Shown: positions 17,880-27,280 of the stretch, in pieces
Position numbering within the stretch: the stretch's first letter is position 1
How the letters are laid out: the number at the start of each line of letters is the position of its first letter
Assembly (NCBI GenBank): GCA_035274425.1
Contig: DATEOC010000079.1
Span: forward strand, 8,030-72,029
DNA from: Chloroflexia bacterium
Lineage (GTDB): Bacteria; Chloroflexota; Chloroflexia; QHBQ01; JADMIH01
DNA: 64,000 nt
Direction: 5' to 3'
Translations under genes and position numbers: made by a program
The notes under the pieces: generated by a model
What the model saw: only the letters and a program-made list of their open reading frames with translations
Database searches by the model: none
What the model was told of the DNA's origin: nothing

Positions 17880-19004
17880 TCAGAAGCTCACGGACCTCTC
17901 CGGCAGCGTTACTCCGGGCCAGACCTTGACACCATTCGCCAGGTGATTGCCCGCGCCTACAGAAGCATTGTCACCTACGATAGTCACCCCCTCTATGCAA
18001 CAGTCGGGGCCGATATGGGCACGAGTGCCTACGATAGAAGTATGGCAGTGGCTCTTGGCCTCGAACCTGGCACCCTGCCATGCGACTATACCCTCAAGCT
18101 GCGCTTCTTCACCCACCTCGCAACCAGCGCCCAATACAGAGGGACCAACTATTGAAGCGCCCGTAGCCACTTTGCAACCTTTGCCGAGCACAACCGGGCC
18201 GGTAAGGCGAGCACCATCGTGGATGGACGAGCCTTCTCCCACCCATACCATATCGGCGAACTCCTCCCCATCAGGCTCAAGAGAGTGCTTGAGACGCCCA
18301 GCGAGGAGGTCGGTGTGGGCCTGGAGGTACTTGGCGGGCGTGCCGATATCCAGCCAGTACGCGCCGGTGCGATAGCCGTATAACGGCTTCTCCTGCTTCA
18401 AAAGATCGGGGAAGAGGCCGCGCTCAACCATGTGGAACTCGCCCGACGGTATGTGGGCCAGCACCTCCGGCTCCAGTATATACGTCCCGGCGTTTACCCA
18501 GCTGGAGGTGGCTTCTTCGCGTTTAGGCTTCTCGGTGAAGCGCTGGATGCGCCCGCTCTCATCCATATCTACTACGCCAAAAGCGCTCGGATCGTCCACG
18601 GACGTGAGCGAGATGGTGCATATCGAGGCGCTCTCCTTGTGGAAGCGCAGCATGTCGGTGAGGTCCAGGTCGGTGAGGATGTCGCCGTTGAAGACCAGGA
18701 AAGTCTCGCCTGGATCAAGGTGAGACTCTACGTTCTTGATGGCACCACCCGTGCCCATAGCCTCCTCCTCGCGGACGTACGTGAGCTTCATACCGAGGTG
18801 CGAGCCATCGCCATAAGCCTGCTCGAAGCTCTCCGACAGATAAGCGAGCGCTAGTATCACATCTGTAATCTCGTGCGTTCGCAGCAAGAAGAGAACATGA
18901 TCAAGGAAGGGCCGGTTCACCAGGGGCAAGAGCGGCTTAGGGGTATTTGTAGTGAGTGGCCGTAGGCGCGTACCGCCCCCGCCGACCAGGATAACTGCTT
19001 TCAT
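17880..19004 (-). CDS. Mannose-1-phosphate guanylyltransferase-like NDP-sugar pyrophosphorylase with C-terminal left-handed beta-helix
   Basis: MKAVILVGGGGTRLRPLTTNTPKPLLPLVNRPFLDHVL, with hexapeptide repeats at the C-terminus. Confidence 0.75.
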   Translation of the reverse strand: MKAVILVGGGGTRLRPLTTNTPKPLLPLVNRPFLDHVLFLLRTHEITDVILALAYLSESFEQAYGDGSHLGMKLTYVREEEAMGTGGAIKNVESHLDPGETFLVFNGDILTDLDLTDMLRFHKESASICTISLTSVDDPSAFGVVDMDESGRIQRFTEKPKREEATSSWVNAGTYILEPEVLAHIPSGEFHMVERGLFPDLLKQEKPLYGYRTGAYWLDIGTPAKYLQAHTDLLAGRLKHSLEPDGEEFADMVWVGEGSSIHDGARLTGPVVLGKGCKVATGASIVGPSVLGAGCEVGEEAQLEGIVAWQGARFEAKSHCHTSIVGTRAHIGPDCCIEGVTIVGDNASVGAGNHLANGVKVWPGVTLPERSVSF

Positions 19005-19015
19005 TCTTTCTTCAT

Positions 19016-19156
19016 CGCTTTATTCCCCGCTTTATTCACCGCAGAGACGCAGAGTTCGCAGAGATTCTTTGGAGATTACGAATTACTCTCACGCCTTACC
19101 ATCTATCGTCTATCGTCTATCGTCCCTTCTCACGCATCACGTTTCGCGTTTCACCC
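19016..19156. repeat. Composite repeat block (CGCTTTATTC x2; TTCACC-GCAGAGA/CGCAGAG; CTATCGT x3; CACGCAT/CACGTTT/CGCGTTT)
   Basis: Direct reading. The last ~20 nt encode the C-terminal residues KRET of the upstream epimerase paralogue. Confidence 0.9.
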
Positions 19157-20165
19157 GTTCCCTCCAATAGTCCAGTATATCCTTCAGCGTTTGCTCGATG
19201 GGGATTTGGGGCTGCCAGCCGGTTAGCTCGTTGAATTTTGTGGGGTTGCAGACTAGCTGCGGGATGTCGGAGGGGCGCATACGGGAGGGGTCCTGGCGCA
19301 CTTCGACTGCTATCTTGCTCATCGTAACGAGGGTATCGAGTATCCATTGCATCTTCCGAGCCACACCTGAGCCGATGTTGTACACCTCGCCCGGCTCACC
19401 CTGCGTGAGAGCAAGGTGGTATGCGCCCACGGTGTCGCGCACATCGGTGAAGTCGCGCTCAGCTTCCAGGTTGCCTACCGATATGACCGGCTCCTGCAAG
19501 CCCGCCTCGATGCGCGCTACCTGGTGAGCGAACGCGGCTGTCACAAAGTGCTCCGTCTGGCCGGGGCCAATGTGGTTGAAGGGGCGCACCCGGATGGTCG
19601 GCTGTCCGTAGCTCAAGAAATACTGGGTAGCGAGAGCATCCTGGGCTATCTTGCTGACTGCATAAGGGTTGTTAGGGCGGAATGGCGTATCCTCGTCAAT
19701 GGGTATATCTTCAGGGCGCACCAGGCCATATTCTTCGGAAGAGCATACCACCAACACGCGGGCACCGGGCACGCTCTCACGCAACACGTCGAGCAGGTTC
19801 AGTTGCCCAATTACGTTGGTCATGAAGGTCCTTTCGGGGTCCTTGAACGCCTGCTGGACGTTGCTCTGGGCGGCGAGGTGGAAGACGAAGTTGGGCCGCA
19901 CCTCGGCCACCATCGAGGCGACCGCCTTGCGGTCCGTCAGGTCGCTCGCCACCCAGCTCACACGCTCATCGCCGGGGTGTAGCGACGCCGCGTGCGCATT
20001 CCCGTAGATGTGCCAGTCAGTATGGGCGAGGAGATACGTGAGCAGATGCTTGCCGACGAACCCACCCGCGCCGGTGACGAGTGCGCGAGTTGCGCCTTCG
20101 GCGGACGGCGGATTGGGCGCGTGATGCGTGATGCGTGATGCGTGAGATGTGGTGGTATCAGTCAT
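19137..20165 (-). CDS. NAD-dependent sugar-nucleotide epimerase/dehydratase, paralogue of 16771..17790
   Basis: ALVTGAGGFVGKHLL, LAAQSNV, NPYAVSK, FNHIGPGQTEHFV. Codons 8-16 (HASRITHHA) are encoded by the GCGTGAT array. No alternative in-frame start lies between the ATG and the Rossmann motif. Confidence 0.75.
   Translation of the reverse strand: MTDTTTSHASRITHHAPNPPSAEGATRALVTGAGGFVGKHLLTYLLAHTDWHIYGNAHAASLHPGDERVSWVASDLTDRKAVASMVAEVRPNFVFHLAAQSNVQQAFKDPERTFMTNVIGQLNLLDVLRESVPGARVLVVCSSEEYGLVRPEDIPIDEDTPFRPNNPYAVSKIAQDALATQYFLSYGQPTIRVRPFNHIGPGQTEHFVTAAFAHQVARIEAGLQEPVISVGNLEAERDFTDVRDTVGAYHLALTQGEPGEVYNIGSGVARKMQWILDTLVTMSKIAVEVRQDPSRMRPSDIPQLVCNPTKFNELTGWQPQIPIEQTLKDILDYWRERVKRET
20119..20145. 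repeat. Heptamer array (GCGTGAT, 3.9 units) inside the 5' coding region of the epimerase gene
   Basis: gcgtgatgcgtgatgcgtgatgcgtga. Confidence 0.95.
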
Positions 20166-20170
20166 TCTTT

Positions 20171-20210
20171 ATCATCCATCCGTCGTCCGTCGTCCGTCGT
20201 CTATCATCTA
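20171..20210. repeat. Heptamer array (CGTCCGT/CGTCTAT type)
   Basis: atcatccatccgtcgtccgtcgtccgtcgtctatcatcta. Confidence 0.9.
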
Positions 20211-22640
20211 CCGAAAGTACCACTGGCGGGCGTTCCAGAAGCTGCTGGTGAGGGAGTTGGTGATTTTATAGTTGGCGAGTTTGTCCTTTACGATCTCGAT
20301 GTTGGCGCGTTGAACGAGGGGCACAACCACAATGTCCTGCATGAGAGTGACCTGGGCTTCGGCGGCGGCAACGACCTGGGTCTGTAGTTCTACCTCCGAG
20401 ATGAAGGTATAGTCTGCGATTGATACTTTCTCATTACAGTATGCTTGATCATTTCCATATCCTACAGGTATAGGATTGTATAAGCCCTCGCGGCAACTCC
20501 ACGAGCTAAAATCGCTCTCTCTCGTGGTTTGCCATGCGAACTGAGCTAGCTTGATAATGCCGTTAGCGCGAGGGCTTTCGACGCTGGTGTCGAAGAAGAG
20601 AGAAGCGGGATAATTCTTCGCTATGGCATCTACACCGATGGCTTTGAGGTCCGCCACCACCAGGGCCTGTATCTTCTGGCGCAAAGCCTGGGTCGTGGTG
20701 CCGTAAATAAATGATAGTTTCACGCCACCCTTTGCGCGCACCCCATCCGGCCCCACCTTCCACCCGGCCTCCTCCAATAGCTGCCTGGCTCTTTCGGGGT
20801 CATATGGGTAAATCGGCAGCTTATATTTGGCTGCAATATCGGGGAAGTTCCTGGCGAAATGAGGGTTCTCAAGGGAGAAATAAACACTTGGAGGCACCAC
20901 ACCATTCATTATTCCCCCTACCCCCCCATAAGCTTGCTCAATTATTCGCTGGCGGTTGATAGCACGGAAGATAGCTTCACGGACAGCATGATCTTTGAAC
21001 GGCCCGTAATCGAAGCGGAAATCCAGGTGCTCCCAGACGACCGCGGGCCGGCTCACAACGGAGAGGCCTCTACCCATAAGACTATCAGGATCCCCAGGAG
21101 GAGAGGTAAGGAGTTCGCTACTAACCAGATCGTACTCACCAAAAACAACATGAGACCACCCCGCATTCAGATCGGCATAGAATTTGAGAGTTATCTTCTT
21201 AATAGCAGGTTTGGCGGTCAGACTGTAATAGTCGTTAGGCACCAGCAATATTTGACTGGCTTCGATCCACCTTTCCACCCGGTATGGCCCCGTGCCTACA
21301 GGCGCGCGAGATACAGGATCATTCTGCATCTTGGCAGGGGGTATCTTGCCTAACAGATGCTCAGGGTATATGGCCCCCACCTCTGCGTAAGCTCGTGAAG
21401 TCACCGGCTTCTTCATGAAAATGTAGTCGTGTAAGTAATAGTAGTTTTCCCGATCGCGGAGGCTATTGTAATAGGTCTTCAGTTGGTTCAGCGACCGATA
21501 ATTATAGATGACAGTGTACTTGTCGGGGTTATCTACATTTTGTAGGCGCACGTACTCGGAGCGACCGGGTGCCTGGACTTCGGAATTCATTATCAGCCTG
21601 TAGGCAAAGATAGCGTCGTTGGAGGTAAGCTCCACCCCGTCGTTCCACTTGATACCCTGGCGTATCTTGTATTTCACACGCAAGTAGCGGTCGTCACCCT
21701 CTCCCATGAACTGTGCGCCGCCGTTTTCGAGGGTAGGCACGTACCAGGCATCTAAGGGGAAGAGGTTGTCATTGTCATCCCTCCCCACAAGTTGGTCTTC
21801 GATGAAGGAGCGTACCCTGCGCGTTGCCGGTTCGTTGTTGAGCACGCTGAGGGTGTGAGGCTCCTGCCACAAAGCAATTGTTATGTCACTCTTCGTACTC
21901 TTCACATCTTTGGGCGGGGCTACCGGCAGCGCGTCACCGGGGACTGCCATCAACCCATATTGCTCCACCCCCAGCAACCCTAGCTCCACGTCATAAGGCG
22001 CGGGCTTCTCAGGATGTAGCTCGAAGCGGTTGCGCTCGAAGTATTGCACCATATACGCCTTGCCGTCCGCCTCTGATACCTCCTGGAATGGCTCACTGAG
22101 GGGGAAGCCGAACTGGGTGAGACCACCATAACGGTTCCATGCGTCGAGGAGCTTACCGGAGAGGGTGTGGCGCGTTTCGGGAAACCATAGCTTGCCCGCA
22201 CTCAGGTCGGCGGGTTGGTCTACACCCAAGAAAGGCTCATCTCCGGGACTGACGACTTTGCCCGTAGCGGGGTCTATCTTGCCACGACCTTCGGCACGAC
22301 TCGCGCCTAACCTTCCCAGCATTACATCGTTCGGAGCTTTGCTCGCGGGGTGCATCTCATAGCGCGCCCGCTCGAACCACTGCGTTTCATAAGCGCGCCC
22401 ATCTTCGACGGAGATTTCGGGCCGGCGGGGGGTGATGGGGAGGCCATTCACATATACGCTGTCACGCTCACTTCCATGCCTGCTCCACATCTCAAGAAAG
22501 CGCCCTGACACCTCTATCCCATTGATAGTGCGAGCAGCCGTCTGGGCATGGGCAGAGAGGGCAGAGATAGGCATGGTAGGCAATGCAATCACGCCCACCA
22601 TGCCTATACTGAAGATAAATCGTATAAACTTACGCCTCAT
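20208..22640 (-). CDS. Secreted family-5 solute-binding-protein paralogue 1 with duplicated N-terminal module
   Basis: Signal peptide ends AHAQ. Two ~75-aa repeats end in QWFERARYEMHP...LGRLG and QYFERNRFELHPEKPAPYDVELGLLG. The C-terminal part carries family-5 SBP hallmarks: GIKWNDGVELTSNDAIFAY, PVGTGPYRVERW and VWEHLDF. Confidence 0.8.
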   Translation of the reverse strand: MRRKFIRFIFSIGMVGVIALPTMPISALSAHAQTAARTINGIEVSGRFLEMWSRHGSERDSVYVNGLPITPRRPEISVEDGRAYETQWFERARYEMHPASKAPNDVMLGRLGASRAEGRGKIDPATGKVVSPGDEPFLGVDQPADLSAGKLWFPETRHTLSGKLLDAWNRYGGLTQFGFPLSEPFQEVSEADGKAYMVQYFERNRFELHPEKPAPYDVELGLLGVEQYGLMAVPGDALPVAPPKDVKSTKSDITIALWQEPHTLSVLNNEPATRRVRSFIEDQLVGRDDNDNLFPLDAWYVPTLENGGAQFMGEGDDRYLRVKYKIRQGIKWNDGVELTSNDAIFAYRLIMNSEVQAPGRSEYVRLQNVDNPDKYTVIYNYRSLNQLKTYYNSLRDRENYYYLHDYIFMKKPVTSRAYAEVGAIYPEHLLGKIPPAKMQNDPVSRAPVGTGPYRVERWIEASQILLVPNDYYSLTAKPAIKKITLKFYADLNAGWSHVVFGEYDLVSSELLTSPPGDPDSLMGRGLSVVSRPAVVWEHLDFRFDYGPFKDHAVREAIFRAINRQRIIEQAYGGVGGIMNGVVPPSVYFSLENPHFARNFPDIAAKYKLPIYPYDPERARQLLEEAGWKVGPDGVRAKGGVKLSFIYGTTTQALRQKIQALVVADLKAIGVDAIAKNYPASLFFDTSVESPRANGIIKLAQFAWQTTRESDFSSWSCREGLYNPIPVGYGNDQAYCNEKVSIADYTFISEVELQTQVVAAAEAQVTLMQDIVVVPLVQRANIEIVKDKLANYKITNSLTSSFWNARQWYFR

Positions 22641-22652
22641 TCTCCTCCGCGT

Positions 22653-22675
22653 ACTCTGCGCCTCTGCGGTGAACC
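22653..22675. repeat. CTCTGCG-type heptamers ending GGTGAA
   Basis: actctgcgcctctgcggtgaacc. The same motif occurs at 60967-60986, and its reverse complement at 19035-19063 and 50890-50919. Confidence 0.8.
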
Positions 22676-22686
22676 CTCTTCGATTT

Positions 22687-24027
22687 TCAAGTAGAGCGCG
22701 AGGCGGTTACCGCGCTCTTGGCGTGATGGCCGTTGGCGTCGTTAGACATGTCTGGGACGAGCACCTCCAACTTGAGCTCTTCGGAGAGGCCTGCTTCTTT
22801 GCGCAGGATAGCAGCCTTGTCCGTCTTCTCCCAGGGGGCGTCTATATCGTTGCGCCCGAAGTGCCCGTATGTAGCGGTTGCCGTGTAGATTGGGCGGCGC
22901 AGGCGGAGGTCGCGTATAATCGCGCCTGGGCGCAGGTCAAAGTGCCTGTTGATTAGCGCCTCTATCTGCTGGTCAGGCACGCGCCCGGTGCCGAAGGTCT
23001 CTATCATTATAGAGAGGGGCCTGGCGACACCGATGGCATACGAAAGCTGTATCTCGAAGCGTTCTGCGAGACCCGCCGCCACGACGTTCTTGGCGACGTA
23101 GCGGGCCGCGTATGCCGCCGAGCGGTCCACCTTCGTCGGGTCTTTACCGGAGAAGGCCCCACCGCCGTGCCGGGCCACCCCGCCGTACGTATCTACGATG
23201 ATCTTTCGCCCGGTGAGGCCTGCATCACCCTTAGGGCCGCCCGTTACAAACTTGCCCGTGGGGTTGATGAAGTAGTGCGTCTTGTCGTCCAGCAGGTGAG
23301 AGGGGATTACCTTCTCGATGACCTCTTTTCTGATGGCATTCTCGATCTCTTCGTGCTCCACCTCAGGCTCATGTTGAGCGGAGACGACTACCGCGTCCAC
23401 GCGCACGGGCTTGCCGTGGCTGTACTCTACCGTCACCTGCGACTTGCCGTCGGGGCGAAGCCAGGGAAGGTGGCGGTTCTTGCGCACTTCGGCGAGGCGC
23501 TTGGTCAGCTTATGGGCGAGGGAGATGGTGAGGGGCATAAGCTCCTCAGTCTCGTTGCAGGCGAAGCCTATCATCATCCCCTGGTCGCCCGCGCCTATCG
23601 CCTCTACCTCCGCATCGGTCATCTCGCCGTGCTTCGATTCGAGGGCTTCATCCACGCCCATCGCGATGTCGGGTGACTGCTCGTGGATGGAGACGACGAC
23701 GGCGCACGTATCGGCGTCAAAGCCATACTTGGCACGATTGTAACCCGCGTGGAGGATGGTCTCACGGGCTATTTTCTGCACATCCACCCAGGCGGTAGTG
23801 GTTATCTCTCCCATGACGACGATGAAGCCGGTCGTGGTGGCGGTCTCGCACGCCACGCGAGCGTCAGGGTCCTGGGTGAGAATAGCGTCAAGCACCGCGT
23901 CCGATACCTGGTCGCACAGCTTATCGGGGTGGCCCTCCGTCACCGACTCCGAAGTCATGAAGAACTGCGGGGAGGACATAAAGGTTGACTGGTAACCACT
24001 CAGGTTCTGTTTCTCTTCTTTTGCCAT
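22687..24027 (-). CDS. metK: S-adenosylmethionine synthetase
   Basis: [28 protein letters not shown]...[12 protein letters not shown]...[22 protein letters not shown] lies 7 nt upstream. The start is 2 nt after the MBL gene stop. Confidence 0.95.
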   Translation of the reverse strand: MAKEEKQNLSGYQSTFMSSPQFFMTSESVTEGHPDKLCDQVSDAVLDAILTQDPDARVACETATTTGFIVVMGEITTTAWVDVQKIARETILHAGYNRAKYGFDADTCAVVVSIHEQSPDIAMGVDEALESKHGEMTDAEVEAIGAGDQGMMIGFACNETEELMPLTISLAHKLTKRLAEVRKNRHLPWLRPDGKSQVTVEYSHGKPVRVDAVVVSAQHEPEVEHEEIENAIRKEVIEKVIPSHLLDDKTHYFINPTGKFVTGGPKGDAGLTGRKIIVDTYGGVARHGGGAFSGKDPTKVDRSAAYAARYVAKNVVAAGLAERFEIQLSYAIGVARPLSIMIETFGTGRVPDQQIEALINRHFDLRPGAIIRDLRLRRPIYTATATYGHFGRNDIDAPWEKTDKAAILRKEAGLSEELKLEVLVPDMSNDANGHHAKSAVTASRST

Positions 24028-24029
24028 TA

Positions 24030-24758
24030 TTACTCTCCTTTTTGTTGTTTGTTGTTCGACCTGTTTCTTCTTGCCAGGCTATTCAGCATGGCGGTAGCAC
24101 GCTCCGTGATGGGCGCGCCATGTCCACAAAGGATGGTTTGCGGCTCCAGCGCGGCCAGCTTGCGCACGGAGCGCATATTCTCAGGCATGTCCACGGTGAC
24201 GACCCTGAAAAGGGGGTCCAGCCGCCCGAATAGGTACATCATCGTGTCGCCCGCGAAGAGGATGCGCCGCTCAGGCTGCCAGAATGAGAGATGGTCGGGC
24301 GCGTGGCCCGGCGTGGAAATCACCTGGAGACCGCCCATCACCTCCAGCGTCTCTCCGTCCTTGAGTATGCGATGCACCTTACCCGGCTTCATTTTGGCCG
24401 GGGGGAGTATGAAGCGTAGAATGCGCTGCGGCCAGGGCACGCTCCGTACGGGAGGGCGCGGCACGGGCATCTCGCCCCTGATCACGGCTGCCTCACCCTC
24501 GGAGGCCCATACCTCGGCACCCGTCGCCCTCGCCAGTTCCGGCAGGCCGCCCACATGGTCAGGGTGAGAGTGCGTGATAATGATGCGCTTCACGTCGGAG
24601 GGGGCGCGCCCCATCTCCTGCAACTGCTTGATGATTCGCTTGGGAGCGAAAGGCAAGCTCGTGTCAATTATCGTCAGCCCATCGCCGTCCTCGATGAGGT
24701 AGACCCGCCCGACGATCAGGCCGGTAAAAGTGTATAGGTTGGAGGTGATTTGCTTCAT
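24030..24758 (-). CDS. Metallo-beta-lactamase-fold hydrolase
   Basis: [18 protein letters not shown] (HxHxDH motif), then TPGHAPDH and a C-terminal GH. Confidence 0.8.
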   Translation of the reverse strand: MKQITSNLYTFTGLIVGRVYLIEDGDGLTIIDTSLPFAPKRIIKQLQEMGRAPSDVKRIIITHSHPDHVGGLPELARATGAEVWASEGEAAVIRGEMPVPRPPVRSVPWPQRILRFILPPAKMKPGKVHRILKDGETLEVMGGLQVISTPGHAPDHLSFWQPERRILFAGDTMMYLFGRLDPLFRVVTVDMPENMRSVRKLAALEPQTILCGHGAPITERATAMLNSLARRNRSNNKQQKGE

Positions 24759-24767
24759 ATCAGCTCA

Positions 24768-24858
24768 GTTCAAAGTTCAAAGTTCAAGGTTCAAAGTTCA
24801 AAGTAATCGCGTTTCGCGTTTCGCGTTTCAAACCTTATCATCTGTCGTCCGTCGTCTA
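24768..24858. repeat. Composite array: octamers TTCAAAGT/TTCAAGGT x4-5, heptamers CGCGTTT x3, then CGTCCGT type
   Basis: gttcaaagttcaaagttcaaggttcaaagttcaaagtaatcgcgtttcgcgtttcgcgtttcaaaccttatcatctgtcgtccgtcgtcta. Confidence 0.95.
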
Positions 24859-27276
24859 CCTGAAGTACCACTGTCTCGCGTTCCAGAAGCTGCTCGTGGT
24901 GCCGCTGGCCAGCTTGTAGTTGGCGAGCGTCTCCTTTACGATTTCGACGTTGGGGCGCTGCACGAGGGGCACAACCACTATGTCCTGCATCAAAACAGCT
25001 TGCGCCTCAGCGGCGGCTTCCACCTGGGCATGGAGGTCTGCTTCTGAATTGAACTTCGCGTTTGCCTCATCCAGCTTCCGATTGCAATAGTGCTGGTTGT
25101 TCCCAGACTGGTAGTCAAGTAGGGGGTCATAATTGCCACAAAGCCATATGGCAAAGTCGCTGTCTCTCGTGCTTCCCCAGGCGAATTGAGCGAGCTTGAC
25201 AGTGCCATTGACGCGCGGACTATCGTAGCTACTGTCAAAGAATACGCCAGCAGGATAATTCTTCGCGACAGCATCCACGCCAACGGCCTTGAGGTCTGCT
25301 ACCACAAGAGCCTGTACCTGCTGGCGTACAGCCTGTGTGGTCGTGCCATATATAAAGGATAGCTTCACTCCACCCTTAGCCCGCACACCGTCCGGCCCCA
25401 CCTTCCACCCCGCATCCTCCAAAAGCTGCCTTGCTTTCTCAGGGTCGTAAGGGTAAATCGGCAGCTTGTACTCGGCTGCAATATCGGGGAAGCTCCTGGC
25501 AAAATTTGGGTTATCAAGGGAGTAATAGATGTCAGGGCCGACTACGCCATTCATTATCCTCCCCTGCCCTAGATAAACTTGGTCAATTATGCGCTGGCGG
25601 TTGATGGCCCGGAAGATGGCTTCGCGGACGGCATGATCTTTGAACGGCCCGTAGTCGAAGCGGAAGTCAAGATGCTCCCATAAGACTGCCGGGCGGACCA
25701 CTAAGCTGAAACCCTTCAAAGCGTCGCCAGCTACTGGTGATGAGCCGAACGCTTCGCTTGTGATTAAACTTATCTGATCAAGTTGGCCAGGTATTATATA
25801 CGAAAGGAACTTAATCCTAATCGTCTTAATGAGAGGCTTAGAGGTCAGGTTGTAATGCTCATTTGGGACCAGGAACATCTCCTGTTGCTTGTTCCACCTC
25901 TCCACCTTGTAAGGTCCTGTGCCCATAGGTGCGCTAGACACAGGGTCCTGCGGTATCTTAGCAGGGGGTATCTTGCCAAGCACATGCTCCGGGTAGATTG
26001 CGCCTACCTCCGAGTACATCCTGGAGATAACAGGCTTTTTCAGGGAAATGAAATCGGATAGGAAGCCATAAGACTGGCTCTTCGAAACGTCCCTGGCTTG
26101 CCTAATGGAGAGATAGTTGTAGATAACCGTATATTTGTCGGGGTTGTCTACGTTGTGAAGTCGCAGATATGCGTCTCGCATGTACGATTGAACATCGGGG
26201 TGCAGCACCAGCCTGTAGGCGAATATGGCGTCATTGGAAGTAAGCTCAACCCCATCTGACCACTTCATACCCTGCCGTATCTTGTACTTCACCCGCAGGT
26301 AGCGGTCCTCGCCCTCTCCGATGAACTGTGCGCCACCATTCTCGAGGGTGGGCACGTACCAGGCGTTCAAGGGGAAGAGGTTGTCGTTCTCGTCCCTCCC
26401 CACCAGCCCATCTTCGATAAGGGAGCGTACCCTGCGCGTTGGCCCATCATTGTTGAAGACGCTGAGGGTATCAGGCTCCTGGGTCATCCAAATCCTGATT
26501 TCGTCCTTCGCACTCTTCACATCTTTCGGAGGGGCTACCGGTAGCGCATCACCAGGGATAGCTGTCATACCATACTGCTCTACCCCCAGCAAGCCCAGTT
26601 CCACATCGTAGGGCGCAAACTTTTCGGGATGTAGCTCGAAGCGGTTGCGCTCGAAGTACTGTACAGTGTATGGCTCGCCGTCTGCCTGTGATACCTCCTG
26701 GAACGGCTCGCTGAGGGGGAAGCCAAACTGGGTGAGACCTCCGTAGCGCTTCCAGTATTCCAGGACCTCGCCGGAGAGGGTGTGGTGCGACTCTGGGAAC
26801 CAGAGCTTGCTTGCACTCAAATCGGCTGGTTGGTCTACGCCCACGAAAGGCTCATCTCCTGGGTTTGCAATTATGCGGCCAGCAAGGTCTATCTTGCCTC
26901 GCCCCTCCACGCGAGATGCACCGAGGCGGCCTAACAGCACGTCATTCGGCGGTTTGTTCTCAGGGTGAGCTTCGTAGCGCGCTCGCTCGAACCACTGCGT
27001 TTCATAAGCGCGCCCATCCTCTACGGAGACCTCCGAACGTTGCGCGGTAATGGGGAGGCCATTCACGTAGACGCTATTACGCTCGCTCCCTTGCTTGCTC
27101 CACACCTCAAGGAAGCGCCCTGACACCTCGATGCCGTTAATCACGCGGATAGGGGCTTGTGCACGAACAGAAGCGGCAAACGTGGTGCCAACCGGCAAGG
27201 CCACAGGACCTGCCACGCCCACGCAGACGCAGAAGACTACACTGGCAATATTCGCTTTTGGCCTCAGTGCTCTCAT
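24856..27276 (-). CDS. Secreted family-5 solute-binding-protein paralogue 2 with duplicated N-terminal module
   Basis: Same architecture as paralogue 1 (QWFERARYEAHP, QYFERNRFELHP, GMKWSDGVELTSNDAIFAY, PMGTGPYKVERW). Start set at MRALRPKANIASVVF by homology with the paralogue-3 N-terminus MRGRTLKADIASIAF, which also removes the overlap with paralogue 3. Confidence 0.8.
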   Translation of the reverse strand: MRALRPKANIASVVFCVCVGVAGPVALPVGTTFAASVRAQAPIRVINGIEVSGRFLEVWSKQGSERNSVYVNGLPITAQRSEVSVEDGRAYETQWFERARYEAHPENKPPNDVLLGRLGASRVEGRGKIDLAGRIIANPGDEPFVGVDQPADLSASKLWFPESHHTLSGEVLEYWKRYGGLTQFGFPLSEPFQEVSQADGEPYTVQYFERNRFELHPEKFAPYDVELGLLGVEQYGMTAIPGDALPVAPPKDVKSAKDEIRIWMTQEPDTLSVFNNDGPTRRVRSLIEDGLVGRDENDNLFPLNAWYVPTLENGGAQFIGEGEDRYLRVKYKIRQGMKWSDGVELTSNDAIFAYRLVLHPDVQSYMRDAYLRLHNVDNPDKYTVIYNYLSIRQARDVSKSQSYGFLSDFISLKKPVISRMYSEVGAIYPEHVLGKIPPAKIPQDPVSSAPMGTGPYKVERWNKQQEMFLVPNEHYNLTSKPLIKTIRIKFLSYIIPGQLDQISLITSEAFGSSPVAGDALKGFSLVVRPAVLWEHLDFRFDYGPFKDHAVREAIFRAINRQRIIDQVYLGQGRIMNGVVGPDIYYSLDNPNFARSFPDIAAEYKLPIYPYDPEKARQLLEDAGWKVGPDGVRAKGGVKLSFIYGTTTQAVRQQVQALVVADLKAVGVDAVAKNYPAGVFFDSSYDSPRVNGTVKLAQFAWGSTRDSDFAIWLCGNYDPLLDYQSGNNQHYCNRKLDEANAKFNSEADLHAQVEAAAEAQAVLMQDIVVVPLVQRPNVEIVKETLANYKLASGTTSSFWNARQWYFR

Positions 27277-27280
27277 GACG

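Noticed and set aside
24759-24855. I looked for a SAM riboswitch upstream of the MBL-metK pair.
   Set aside because: The 97-nt region consists of octamer and heptamer arrays only. None of the S-box conserved blocks is present.
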